Shown: piece by piece, positions 48,541 to 58,577 of the stretch
Layout: every line of letters starts with the position of its first letter
How positions within the stretch are numbered: position 1 is the stretch's first letter
Assembly (NCBI GenBank): GCA_964568275.1
Contig: CAZMRP010000001.1
Span: 8,382-72,381, forward strand
DNA from: an uncultured Myxococcales bacterium
GTDB taxonomy: Bacteria > Myxococcota_A > Polyangia > DRWM01 > JAAZOP01
Length of the DNA stretch: 64,000 nt
Direction: 5' to 3'
Notes under the pieces: model-generated
Told to the model about the DNA's origin: nothing
Seen by the model: the letters and a program-made list of their open reading frames with translations, nothing else
The model's database searches: none
Translations under genes and position numbers: made by a program

Positions 48541-48627
48541 CTCCGGGAGAGCGACGGTCTCCCGCCTTCCCGATCCCGCCGCCATCTCCGACACGCCGCC
48601 TTCGCCGCCGCAACGTCTCATCCAACG

Positions 48628-49485
48628 TCATCGGCCCGGAGGAAGCCGCGGCGGCCGGGTTGGTCGGGCCGGCGCGCACCGCGCGAGAATGCGCTTCCAC
48701 CCGTTCCGGGCCGCCACGGCCTCGCGCAGAATGTCGAGGTGCTCGTCGGCGGAGACCGTGTCGTCGTTGTGCAACGGGCCGGCCTCGAGTTCGACCAGCA
48801 GCGCCCGGCGAGCGGCCGCAGTCGCACCCAACTCCAGGATACGGCTGTACGCCTCGCACGCGTACGCGAACGTCTCCCGCTTCCGGAACTCGATGTCGAG
48901 CAGCCACTCCTTGGTCCGCGTCTCCGGGAGCCCGATAGTCCCGCGCTTGCAGTTATGGAACACGTGGGCGACCTCGTGGACGACGAAGTCGGCGAACCGG
49001 TGCTTGTGGACGAAGTACTCCATCGAGACGTAGCAGGTTCTCTCCTCGCTCATCCCCACCACGTGCGGGGCGGTGAAACCGAGGAGCTTGAGACCGAGAC
49101 TGCCGAGGTAAATGTTCGCCAAGTCCCAGGCCGAGTGGGGCCACGCCCGTTGCCCGCGAAGGATCTCCTCAATGCGGTCGGGGGTGAGGAAGACGACGGA
49201 CCGCTCCAGCGCGGCGAGCACGGTCTCCTGTTCGACCCGGGGGAAGAGGCCGCGGATCATCGGTCCGATCTTCCGGCGGGTGAACGAGGCCAAGTCCAGA
49301 TCCAGTGGGTCGTGGGTCGGGCGCTTCCCACTCGCGCGTCGCTGCACCTCGGCCACAAGGGCGTCGGACAGTGCCGTCTCGCCGTTCTGGCTGCTCTCGA
49401 CGACGTTGTCGCCGGGCCAGCCGAAGAGCAGGTCGTCGTGCTGGCCGGTGCGGAGGTAGCGGCGGATGGCTTGCTTCGGGGTCAT
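48628..49485 (-). CDS. hypothetical protein with HExxH motif (VHEVAHVFH)
   Basis: ORF track plus motif. Confidence 0.35.
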   Translation of the reverse strand: MTPKQAIRRYLRTGQHDDLLFGWPGDNVVESSQNGETALSDALVAEVQRRASGKRPTHDPLDLDLASFTRRKIGPMIRGLFPRVEQETVLAALERSVVFLTPDRIEEILRGQRAWPHSAWDLANIYLGSLGLKLLGFTAPHVVGMSEERTCYVSMEYFVHKHRFADFVVHEVAHVFHNCKRGTIGLPETRTKEWLLDIEFRKRETFAYACEAYSRILELGATAAARRALLVELEAGPLHNDDTVSADEHLDILREAVAARNGWKRILARCAPARPTRPPRLPPGR

Positions 49486-49784
49486 CGTCGTCGGGACGCC
49501 GGGGATGGAGGCGGCGCCGCAGCAGCAGGATCAAGCACGGTCGGCGGCAGCAGGGCAAGGGCGGAGGCGTGCGACGGTCCCGGGCCGCCTCCGTCGCCCG
49601 CGCCGCCCTTCGCTGCCTGCGCCGAGTGCCCCGCCACGATGCCCACGACGCTCCCGCTGTTCGCCGCATCGCCGCCCCGACGCTCACGACGTTCTCGACG
49701 TCCGCGAGCCGCTCGACGTGGACGACGCGGACGAGGCGGCGCCGTCCGCGACGCTGCGCCGCCGGGATCGCGACCCGCCGCCCC

Positions 49785-50642
49785 TCAACGTCGGCGACGT
49801 GCACGCGGGGAGCCGGACACGGTGCGGTCGCCGCCTTGGGTGCCTTCGCCATCACGCCGTGTCGACGCACGCGCCGCCGCTGCTGCCGCCCTCTGGTGCC
49901 TCACGCAGATCGCTGCCACCCGCTCCGCCATCAGGTGCCCCTTCCGGAACAACTCTTCCCCCACTCTCCGAACTTCGGCCTCGTGGTCAGCCACCAGCTT
50001 CGCGGCCCTGCGACTGCAAGACCGAAGAAGGCGCTCCCGGGCTTCGCGTCCCCGGCACAGGACGGCCGCGAGTTCCCGGGCTCGCTTGAGGTCGGGGCCG
50101 CATCCGGTGGCGGTGTGGAGGATTCGCCGTGACGCCGCACCTCCGGCAAGGCAGGCCGTGAGCTCGTTGATGACGGCCTCGCGCCCCCGCTCCTTCGCAC
50201 CCTCCACGTGGCCGGCTTCGTCGAGCAAGAGCACCTTGCCTCCCCCGCTCCGGCGCAGGGTGATGCCATAGAAGGGAACGCCGAGGTAGTGGAAGGCCAC
50301 GCCGTGACCGGCCTCGTGCATGGCGGTCTGCAACTCGGAAGTCAGCCGCTTCTCCCGCTCCACCGTCGTCTCCAGGCCATGAGGATCGCGGATCCCGCGG
50401 GCGATCCCCGCCCTCACGTCCGCGGCGTAGTCGAGGCACCCAAGCAGCTTCTGCGCCCGGAACATAGCCTCCAACGTCCGGTTGAACTCGACCATCTCGA
50501 AGAACGTGAACTCCTCGGGAAGCGGCCCCCACCCGTCCTTCTGCGGATCCGGGTGCGCCTCCAGCCACGCCCATCGTGCCTTGGCGGCATCGAGCACCTT
50601 CGCGCTGCCCGCGATCCCCATCAGCACATTGTCGAGATTCAC
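49785..50642 (-). CDS. zinc-metalloprotease-like domain protein (HEAGHGVAFH, FtsH/M41-like motif); start estimated
   Basis: Motif lies in the C-terminal half of ORF 49785..51323. The N-terminal 220 aa of that ORF is Arg-rich and rejected. Confidence 0.35.
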   Translation of the reverse strand: MNLDNVLMGIAGSAKVLDAAKARWAWLEAHPDPQKDGWGPLPEEFTFFEMVEFNRTLEAMFRAQKLLGCLDYAADVRAGIARGIRDPHGLETTVEREKRLTSELQTAMHEAGHGVAFHYLGVPFYGITLRRSGGGKVLLLDEAGHVEGAKERGREAVINELTACLAGGAASRRILHTATGCGPDLKRARELAAVLCRGREARERLLRSCSRRAAKLVADHEAEVRRVGEELFRKGHLMAERVAAICVRHQRAAAAAARASTRRDGEGTQGGDRTVSGSPRARRRR

Positions 50643-50807
50643 GATCTTCTCCGTCACCGACGTCGACGCGCCCCGGAACTGTGCATCGGGCTTCGACGTT
50701 CCTCGCTTGCGAGGATACCACGCACGGGGAGGCACTCCGCCGCGTCGCCGCTTGGCCCTCGGGACTTCGCCGCTGCACCGCCGCGCCTTCCCGTGGCCGG
50801 CGCCGAT

Positions 50808-50839
50808 TCGAACCTGCGACGCCGCGTCGCACCTTGAAG
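50808..50839. repeat. REP-like 31-bp palindromic element, copy 1 (inverted relative to copies 2 and 3)
   Basis: TCGAACCTGCGACGCCGCGTCGCACCTTGAAG. Confidence 0.55.
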
Positions 50840-51142
50840 CGGCGGCTACGTCGAGCACCACGGCCCACGTCCCTCGCCGCCGCCACGCCGGTCGGGTGCG
50901 TCGCCGGCCTCGACTGCCATGCGCACGACGCCGCTCGACGTCCACCGCCTCGCCGTCCACGTCGTCCTCGATCCAGAGATTGAGCACACCGAACGTCGCG
51001 ACGTTCCCACCCCGGCTGCGCGGCGCGGTGCAGGAACGACACGTCGCCCCGAGACCCTCGCGTCGGCGCGGCGTGCTATGCTCCGGTCTGGGGTGGTCGC
51101 CGACGCCATGACGGTCGTTGCCAGGGCCGCCGAGGAGCAGGC

Positions 51143-52258
51143 GTGAGTCCATCGAAGCGCCGCGCCGGCGAATTCCCGAAGGCAGTGCGGGATCGTGTCG
51201 CCCTGCGCGCCGCGTATCGGTGCTCCAACCCAGTCTGCGGCCGCCAGACGGTTGGTCCAAGTGCTGAAGCAGACGATGCCGTCGCCAACGTGGGCGAGGC
51301 TGCGCACATCTGCGCCGCCTCATCCGATGGCTCGCGATTCGATCCCCGAATGACCGATGATGAACGCCGCGCGATCACGAACGCGATCTGGCTGTGTGGG
51401 TCCTGCCACACCCTGGTGGACCGTGACGTCGTCACCTACCCCGCCGAGCTCTTGCGCGGTTGGAAGCAGGTGCATGAGAGGGCGATGGCGGACACGCTTG
51501 CCGGACGGCGGGCGGACAGCGACCGACGGGTGATCGTGGCAGTTGCGCACGTGCTGGGGACTTCGCCGACTCGTCTTGAGAACTTCATGTCCCCATCGGT
51601 CCCTGGCGCGTCGCCCGGAGGGGTCGGCATGTCACCAGCCGAGGCGATCGAGCTTGTTGCATCCGCAATGTACTCGGAGGAGAAGGACGCGGTGATCGTC
51701 GTCGCCGAGTTCGGCAATTCGGCCCGCCAGCAGGTGACACTCCGTGATGCCCAGCTGACGGTGACGAGCTTCGGCCGGTTCTCGCCCGACGGCATGGTCG
51801 GCGGACTCGTCGTGCCCGGTCACCAATGGCTCGCGGACGATCCTCTCACCGTCGAAGCCGGGAGCTTGGTGAAACTCGCTTGGCTCTTCCGCGTGGCAGG
51901 CAGCGGCATCGGACCACGACTGCAGGTCGCACAACCGATCGGCTGTTCCATCGAGATTCGCTGTTTTCCGGCCAGCACGGTGCGCCAGGGGATGGACCTG
52001 TATTCGATCAGGCGACTCCAGGCCCCGTCGCCCGTGGATCCAAGCCCGGAACAGCGGACGTGGGACGTGCTCCTCGCTGGCGTTGAGACCGGTTCCCGCA
52101 ACTTCCTCTGGGACATGCTCCAGCCCAACCCCTGCGCCAAGTGCGGGCAGCCGTTCGAGCGAGATTCAGCGAAGTTCGCATGGGGAGAGCGCCGCGGGAT
52201 CGTCGCGGAGTGCCCACATTGTGGCCAGCGAGTCGGAATGGGGTGGCGTCGGAAGTAG
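51143..52258 (+). CDS. HNH endonuclease-domain protein with C-terminal zinc ribbon
   Basis: CSNPVCG...AHICAASSDG...NAIWLCGSCH...; CAKCG...CPHCG. Confidence 0.45.
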   Translation: MSPSKRRAGEFPKAVRDRVALRAAYRCSNPVCGRQTVGPSAEADDAVANVGEAAHICAASSDGSRFDPRMTDDERRAITNAIWLCGSCHTLVDRDVVTYPAELLRGWKQVHERAMADTLAGRRADSDRRVIVAVAHVLGTSPTRLENFMSPSVPGASPGGVGMSPAEAIELVASAMYSEEKDAVIVVAEFGNSARQQVTLRDAQLTVTSFGRFSPDGMVGGLVVPGHQWLADDPLTVEAGSLVKLAWLFRVAGSGIGPRLQVAQPIGCSIEIRCFPASTVRQGMDLYSIRRLQAPSPVDPSPEQRTWDVLLAGVETGSRNFLWDMLQPNPCAKCGQPFERDSAKFAWGERRGIVAECPHCGQRVGMGWRRK

Positions 52259-52267
52259 CGTCTCCGC

Positions 52268-54004
52268 GTGATCGATACCTCCGCTCTCCTCTTCTCGATC
52301 CGTGATCGATCCGACGGCAACCATCGCCGCCCTCGCCGCCCCCACGCCCGTCGGGCATCGGGTCAACGGAACGACGCGAACGGCGCCGCCACGTCGACCA
52401 CCTCGTCCGGCGTCGCCTCATCACCACCACGCCCGGCGTGGGCATCGCAGCCAGCTCGACGAACTCGGTGTCCTCAACGGCCCCGATGCCGACGAGGAGC
52501 AAACCGGACGAGGTCCGGGGGCGACGAGCCGACAGCGCTGCTCGCCGGAAGCGACAGGCACATCGAGGGGCTGACGGCCCGCGCCTCACGACATGCTATC
52601 GTCTTGCTGCGTCCCGGCTCGGCCCCGTGGAAGCCTCCGATAGCGTGGCCGAGTGCCCAAGTGGCCAGCGGCCAGCGAGTTGGTCGGGGCAGGAGGGATG
52701 CGGGTGGGGCGGGAGACGTGGAGGCGATGCGTTTCGCAGGAGACCGCTGGATCGACTCCGCAGACGGGCAGCGCGCACGGCAACGCAAGCGTGACGCTGT
52801 CCGTGTGTTCGTCCGATCGCTGGGTGAGCCACGAAGCAAGGGCGCGATCAAGGCCGGGGAGAAGGACGCCTTCCGACGCGCCCTGGCCGAAGGCCTTGGT
52901 CATCGTCAGCGCTTTCGCGCGCCAGTGATGCTCGAGCTCGATCTCTATCCAACGGCCAGCAACCCGCCGGAGATCCACACGGTCGCGAAGAACTACATCG
53001 ACCTCCTGTACACCGGAGACGCGTCCGAACCCAAGCTCCTGGGCGACGATCGTCAAGTGCAGTATCTCGCCGTCAGGTACATCGCGGGTGCGGCCTCGGA
53101 ACCCTCCATCTTCCTCCGCGCCAATCGGATGTCGTGCTTTCGCGAAGAGGTTCGACTCGTTCAACGAATCCGGAGCGACAGACACGACTCGTGGCACGAC
53201 GAGGACGACGAGGAGAAGGAGGACGAGGAGAACCCCATCGACGAATTGCGGAGGTGGGAGCGACTCCGGCCTCGGATGGCGTCGGCGTCGGAAAGGGAGC
53301 TCTTCGATCTCAACAGGCGCTTCCTGCTCGCGCAAGTCCAACAGCGGCGGTTGGCCTCAACCGAGCGCTTCGTGCACTCGATTCTCGTCGATCTTCTCGG
53401 TCTGGATCAGGCCACCGTGCTCCCCGCGTTCTCCGTCCGCGGCGCTCGGTTCCCGGCGCTGCATCTCGGCGAGGCGTTCCGAAGCATGCTCTTCTCGTCC
53501 ACCGTTTCGTTGCGGCTTGGCGACCTGCCGGCCGAACATGGTGACGGCGACGCATTTCAAGAAGCGATGCGGGTGGCGTTGCGCACGTTGCGCGCTTCGC
53601 AGCCGTCGCTGTTCCCGCTCTTCGTGCAACTGGCCGTCGTGATCCTCGTGGTCCCGCCCGACCCGAGGATGCCTGGGCACCCTCCGGACCTCGACAACCT
53701 CGCCCGCCACGTGATCCCCCTGGTCCACTCGGTGCTGCAGCCACCAGGCACGACGCCGCTGCTGGTGGACCCGCAGACCGTGGCCGAGCCGCGTCTTCGC
53801 GAGTTCTTCGAACGCGAGGTCAGGTTGGCCCGCCGGCTGCCGAAACACCACGTCACGCGCTTCGAGGTCGTTCGGCTGCCGCGGATGCCCGGCGACCCTC
53901 GATCGGGATCCGTTCGTCTCGCGTTGTGCGACGGGACCGAAGGGCGCAGCTTCGCCGAGTTCGTGGCGAAGACGATCGACAACTGGATCGAGGCCGACGA
54001 CTAG
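52268..54004 (+). CDS. hypothetical protein (578 aa), downstream of the HNH gene
   Basis: Long ORF of ordinary composition. Confidence 0.4.
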   Translation: MIDTSALLFSIRDRSDGNHRRPRRPHARRASGQRNDANGAATSTTSSGVASSPPRPAWASQPARRTRCPQRPRCRRGANRTRSGGDEPTALLAGSDRHIEGLTARASRHAIVLLRPGSAPWKPPIAWPSAQVASGQRVGRGRRDAGGAGDVEAMRFAGDRWIDSADGQRARQRKRDAVRVFVRSLGEPRSKGAIKAGEKDAFRRALAEGLGHRQRFRAPVMLELDLYPTASNPPEIHTVAKNYIDLLYTGDASEPKLLGDDRQVQYLAVRYIAGAASEPSIFLRANRMSCFREEVRLVQRIRSDRHDSWHDEDDEEKEDEENPIDELRRWERLRPRMASASERELFDLNRRFLLAQVQQRRLASTERFVHSILVDLLGLDQATVLPAFSVRGARFPALHLGEAFRSMLFSSTVSLRLGDLPAEHGDGDAFQEAMRVALRTLRASQPSLFPLFVQLAVVILVVPPDPRMPGHPPDLDNLARHVIPLVHSVLQPPGTTPLLVDPQTVAEPRLREFFEREVRLARRLPKHHVTRFEVVRLPRMPGDPRSGSVRLALCDGTEGRSFAEFVAKTIDNWIEADD

Positions 54005-54043
54005 CGTCCGGCCTGGGCCTGCTGGGTCGCCCGGCCCAGCCGA

Positions 54044-54376
54044 CTATCCCTCCTCGTTCGCGTACCAGACCGCCACGTAGACGTAGCTCGAGTATTCCGG
54101 CGACACGCCGCCACCCGCATGGTCCGCCTCGTTGCTGCACTTCTCGCGGTCGATGAACTCGGTGATCAACGCCTCCTCGACGGCAAGGGCGTACTCGTCG
54201 CTGTCCGTCCGGTAGAGCGCCAGGATGTCGTCAGCCCCGTGTTCCGCCCTCCGCTTGTCGAGATCGCTCGTCCTGCCGACGTAGAACTCGACGACATCCT
54301 CGTCGGCATCGACCGCCTCGACACGGTCGATGATCTCGTCCAGGACGTCGTCGGGCCGCCCGGTCAGGGCCTTCAT
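54044..54376 (-). CDS. GIY-YIG nuclease-like small protein
   Basis: VEFYVGRTSDLDKRRAEHG. Confidence 0.35.
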   Translation of the reverse strand: MKALTGRPDDVLDEIIDRVEAVDADEDVVEFYVGRTSDLDKRRAEHGADDILALYRTDSDEYALAVEEALITEFIDREKCSNEADHAGGGVSPEYSSYVYVAVWYANEEG

Positions 54377-55134
54377 GTCGTCATCGCCGTCGCACGGACC
54401 GTCAAGCCGGTCAACATGAGGAGGATCCGAACGGGCTTCGAATCCGCTGTCGGCGGGTGCGGCAGGGGCCCGCCGCCCCCTTGCAGTCGACCTCGATCCG
54501 CCACCACCGGCCGTTCGCGTCGCGCACGATGCGGTCGGGAATGCACGACCGCTTGTTGCGCCGCTTGTCCGGACAGCGGCACTTCGGAAGCCGGGTTCCT
54601 TTCGGCAAAGCCAGCGGGTACTTGGCGGACTCGCGGTCAATGATCTTCTCGTGCAGGCGTCCCGGCATGATGCCCTCCTCGCCCCGGCGGTTGTCCCGCC
54701 ACCCCACCTTCAAGGTCCCATGCGGGAGGTCGATCGTCAAGATCGCGCCGGGACTTGCGGTGACAGGGACCTGCGGGTTGCGCTTCACGTCGCGCGGGTC
54801 GCGATCGCCACGCCGCTGAGGGCGACGAGGCCGTTCGGCGAGGGGATCTGCCCGACGAGGCGCCTCTGCGTAGGGCCGGCGTTCCGTGGGCTCGGGGGCG
54901 GACGGCGGCTGGCGGGGGAGGACATCGAAGCGGCGCTGAGGGAGGGCTACGCGAAGATGCACCGGGATGCCGTGCCGGGGATGGTCAAGTCGAACACGGT
55001 GGAACGGACGCGGGGGGCGCACAGGTCGCGGCGTGCGGGCGTGCGGGGGTAGCACTTGACGCCCGACCGCTCTTCGTGCGCGGATCGGTTGGCGGATCAA
55101 TTGCCGCGCCAGGGTCCTGCGGGGAGGTGACACC

Positions 55135-56730
55135 ATGGCCAGCGACATCTTGAACTCGGAGGAGATGTCCACGCTGTTGACGCTCGTCGAGGAGGCAGCG
55201 CGTTCAACGCCGGAAGGGGTCAAGTACTTCGTTGAGCCAGCCGAGGGGGCACTGCGCCGCGCGACGAGCCGCCGACACCACATCGTCTTCGGCCGGCGCG
55301 GATCTGGCAAGTCCAGCCTTCTTCGCAAGGCCGCAGCAGACCTCACCGTCGATCGCCGTCCAATAGCGTGGATCGACCTGGAGCCTTTCAAGAACCACAG
55401 CTACCCGGATCTGCTCCTCAGCATTCTCATCGCGACCTTCAGGGAGTTCCGTCTCTGGCTCGAAACCGCCGCTGTCATGCCGGCGACCAAGCTGAGCTTC
55501 TGGAAGAAGCTGTTCGGGAAGAAGCCCACGCGGAAGGCGTTCGACAAGCCAGGCTGCGCGACGTTGGTGGGACGCCTCGCCGCACAACTCGTCGAACTCG
55601 AGCAACAGCTTCACGCCGCGGATGCCGCCAGTGTCTCGACGGAGGCCACCGTGCTTCGAGGAGTGGAGCGGTCGGATACCGTCGGCGTCTCGGCAGCTGC
55701 GAGCGTTCCGGGGGGGACGCTTGCGGCCAGAGGCGAACGGTGTTCGAAAAGCGCAGAGTCCGCCAAGCAAGTCGAACACGAGGAGTTCCGCCGCTCCAAG
55801 GTGGAGTTCCTGCAACATCATGTCCTCGACTACCAGAGCATCTTCGACGAAATGGCGAGGATCTCGGATGGCGATTCGTACTTGTTCTTGGATGACCTCT
55901 ACCACATCCGCAAGAGCGACCAGCCGCGGGTCCTCGACTACTTCCACTCCGTCGCGAAGGGCCACAGACTGTGGCTGAAGACAGGGACGATCCGCCACCG
56001 GACGGAATGGTACGTCCACGGCAATCCCCCTCTCGGCGTGAAGCTCGGGGACGACGCTGATGACATCGATCTGGACCTGACGCTCGAGAAGTACGCGCTG
56101 GCCAAGGAGTTCCTCACCAAGATCCTGGCGAACTTCGCGAGAACCGCCGGCCTCTCGGATCTCGGCGACTTCCTGACCGACGGCGCCGTTGACCGGCTGG
56201 TGCTCGCGAGCGGCGGAGTGGCCAGGGACTTCCTCTCGGTGTTCCGGCGGGCTGTCACGGTGGCCCGAGAACGGGGTGATGGCCCACGGGGTCCGAAGGT
56301 CGGCGCTGAGGATATCAACATGGCCGCTGGCGAATACGATTCGACCAAGCGCGACGAGTTCAAGCGGGATGTACACAGCGAGGACGAGGCCTCGCTGGAC
56401 GCCGTGTTCCGCGAGGTGCGCGCTTTCTGCCTGGACGAGATCGAAACCAACTGCTTCCTTCTGGCAAAAGACGCCAAGGGAGCGACGGTCGAGGCAATCC
56501 ACGAACTCGTTGATCTCAAGTTGCTTCACCTGATCCGCTCGCGCGTCACCGTGAACACGCGGCAGGGTCAGTTGTTCGAGGCGTACATGCTGGATCTCAG
56601 CCAATACGCCGGGGAACGGAAGCGCCGCGGGTTGAACATGATTGAGTTCTGGCATGCCACCTCGAAGGACGACCTGCGCAAGGCGTCGTTCATTCTGGAC
56701 GCGGAGAAGAGGGCAAGCACGGTGGAGTGA
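55135..56730 (+). CDS. P-loop NTPase (AAA/ORC-like ATPase)
   Basis: Walker A IVFGRRGSGKSSLL; Walker B-like LFLDDLYHI; RBS GGGGAGG. Confidence 0.6.
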   Translation: MASDILNSEEMSTLLTLVEEAARSTPEGVKYFVEPAEGALRRATSRRHHIVFGRRGSGKSSLLRKAAADLTVDRRPIAWIDLEPFKNHSYPDLLLSILIATFREFRLWLETAAVMPATKLSFWKKLFGKKPTRKAFDKPGCATLVGRLAAQLVELEQQLHAADAASVSTEATVLRGVERSDTVGVSAAASVPGGTLAARGERCSKSAESAKQVEHEEFRRSKVEFLQHHVLDYQSIFDEMARISDGDSYLFLDDLYHIRKSDQPRVLDYFHSVAKGHRLWLKTGTIRHRTEWYVHGNPPLGVKLGDDADDIDLDLTLEKYALAKEFLTKILANFARTAGLSDLGDFLTDGAVDRLVLASGGVARDFLSVFRRAVTVARERGDGPRGPKVGAEDINMAAGEYDSTKRDEFKRDVHSEDEASLDAVFREVRAFCLDEIETNCFLLAKDAKGATVEAIHELVDLKLLHLIRSRVTVNTRQGQLFEAYMLDLSQYAGERKRRGLNMIEFWHATSKDDLRKASFILDAEKRASTVE

Positions 56731-56911
56731 ATGCCGAAGGCGCGTCGGTCTTGCTCGACGGGAGAGCCACCAACTGGGACCGGCGTCCCTTCGCACGTCC
56801 GCCTTGGCTTCTCCCGGTGCTTCACCCCGCTCGCGTCACCCACGCCGCTTGTCGAGCATTGACCTCTTCCACCCACTCCCCCTATCGTCCCTGCCGTAGG
56901 AGGAGACCACC

Positions 56912-57865
56912 ATGCATCACGGCACGCTCACCAAGCCGATCGCCCAGGGGCTGAAGATCCTGCGGCAGCGCATCGTCGCCGCCGAGATCCCGCCCTCGAA
57001 GCTCGACGAGACGCTCAACCTCGCGACCTGGAACGTCCGCGAATTCGGCAAGAAGCCGCGGCTCGAGGCGTCGCTACACTTCATCGCCGAGATCATCGGA
57101 CAGTTCGACCTCGTCGCCCTTGTCGAGGTCCGCGACAACGTCGGCGACCTCGCCCAGGTGATGCGCTTCCTCGGGCCGTACTGGCGCGTCGTGTTCTCGG
57201 ACTACCTCACCGACGCCGGCGGCAACCGCGAGCGCATCGCCTACGTCTACGACCACCGCGCCGTCACGTTCACCGGCCTCGCGTCGTTCGCCTTGCCGTT
57301 CCGCAAGAAGGCCGGCGACGAGTACCTCTCGAAGATCAGCTGGTGGCGCAACCCCTACATCGCCTCGTTCCGCGCCGGCAGTTTCGACTTCATCCTGGTG
57401 ACCGCGCACATCCGCTGGGGCACGACCGAGAAGGGGCGCATTCCCGAGCTCCAGATGCTCGCCGACTGGGTAGCCACTCGGAGCGACGAACAGTACCTCG
57501 GAGACAAGGACATCGTCGTCATGGGCGACTTCAACATCCCCGACGACCAAGGGGCCCTCTACCAAGCGATCACGAGCCGCGGCTTGCGGATGCCGGCAGC
57601 CCTGATGGGCCTGCACGGCTCGAACCTGGCGAAGGACAAGCGGTACGACCAGATCCTCCACGACCCGACGTACGTGAAGTGCTTCACCGGCGTCGGCGGA
57701 GTGCTCGACTTCTACCAGGGCGACCACGAACCGCTGTTCCCGGGGACGACGCTCACCAGGCAGAAGTTCACCTACGAGCTCAGCGACCACCTGCCGCTCT
57801 GGATTCACCTCGACACGGACACCGAGGACGAGAAGCTCGACCAGATCCTGAACCCGAAGAGGTAG
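56912..57865 (+). CDS. endonuclease/exonuclease/phosphatase (EEP, DNase I-like) family protein
   Basis: LNLATWNVREFG...DLVALVEV...VMGDFNIPDD...SDHLPLW. Confidence 0.7.
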   Translation: MHHGTLTKPIAQGLKILRQRIVAAEIPPSKLDETLNLATWNVREFGKKPRLEASLHFIAEIIGQFDLVALVEVRDNVGDLAQVMRFLGPYWRVVFSDYLTDAGGNRERIAYVYDHRAVTFTGLASFALPFRKKAGDEYLSKISWWRNPYIASFRAGSFDFILVTAHIRWGTTEKGRIPELQMLADWVATRSDEQYLGDKDIVVMGDFNIPDDQGALYQAITSRGLRMPAALMGLHGSNLAKDKRYDQILHDPTYVKCFTGVGGVLDFYQGDHEPLFPGTTLTRQKFTYELSDHLPLWIHLDTDTEDEKLDQILNPKR

Positions 57866-57967
57866 CGGGCGACCGGAACGCGAGGCCGGCAGCCCTGGAC
57901 CGTCCGAGCCGTTGGCGCCGCCTCGACTTGCACGCAGCCCCCACCGTGCGATACGTCTCCCGGCCGG

Positions 57968-58513
57968 TTGGACGCGCGGGGGGCACCGCAGGAGAAGAGC
58001 AACATGCCGAAGACGAGCACGAAGGGAATCGAGAACATCGCCGGGCTGGACCTCGCCTACGCCGTCCGCTGCCTCATCGCCGCCGGCAAGACGTCGGCCG
58101 CCGAGGTCTCGCGGCTGGCAGCGGAACGCGGCGAGCGCATCAAGGCGCTCCAGGCCGAGCTGGCCCAGCTCAAGGGCGGGAGGGCTCCGGCCGCGACAAC
58201 GCCCGCCAAGCCGCCGAAGACCGCCAAGACCAGGAAGCTGGCCGCCCGGCCGGCACGGTCGCCGAAGCGGACGGCGGCGAAGGCGACGGCGAAGGCCGCC
58301 ACCGGCAAGGCCCTCCTGGTCACGACGCGTAAGGACGGGCGGACGTTCACCGTCACGCAGAAGGTCGTCGATGCCCGCCGCGTGCAGGGGCAGTACCTCG
58401 GTTACCTGGCCCAGTTGCCGGCGAAGGAGAAGGACCGCTTCAAGACGATCGCCCGCGAGAAGGGCGTGCCGGTCGCGATCGTCGAGATCAAGAAGCGGCT
58501 CGGGAAGGCGTAG
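57968..58513 (+). CDS. Lys/Ala-rich histone-like putative DNA-binding protein
   Basis: Central KPPKTAKTRKLAARPARSPKRTAAKATAKAATGKA tract. Confidence 0.35.
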   Translation: MDARGAPQEKSNMPKTSTKGIENIAGLDLAYAVRCLIAAGKTSAAEVSRLAAERGERIKALQAELAQLKGGRAPAATTPAKPPKTAKTRKLAARPARSPKRTAAKATAKAATGKALLVTTRKDGRTFTVTQKVVDARRVQGQYLGYLAQLPAKEKDRFKTIAREKGVPVAIVEIKKRLGKA

Positions 58514-58577
58514 GCGGGGGACGGCCGCAGCGGGCCGCGCTGCGTCAGCGTTGTCCCGGCGCGGGCCTCCTCCTGCG

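Noticed and set aside
50808-50839. Resemblance of the REP-like element (GGTTCGA...) to a tRNA T-arm
   Set aside because: The flanking bases do not form a T-stem or acceptor stem; treated as a palindromic repeat only.
50642-51323. N-terminal 220 aa of ORF 49785..51323
   Set aside because: Arg-rich junk upstream of the HExxH domain, and it overlaps the REP-like element at 50808. Gene start moved to about 50642.
54411-55391. 326-aa minus-strand ORF between the GIY-YIG and ATPase genes
   Set aside because: Arg-rich, low-complexity, no motifs; probably non-coding intergenic sequence. A small real gene cannot be excluded.
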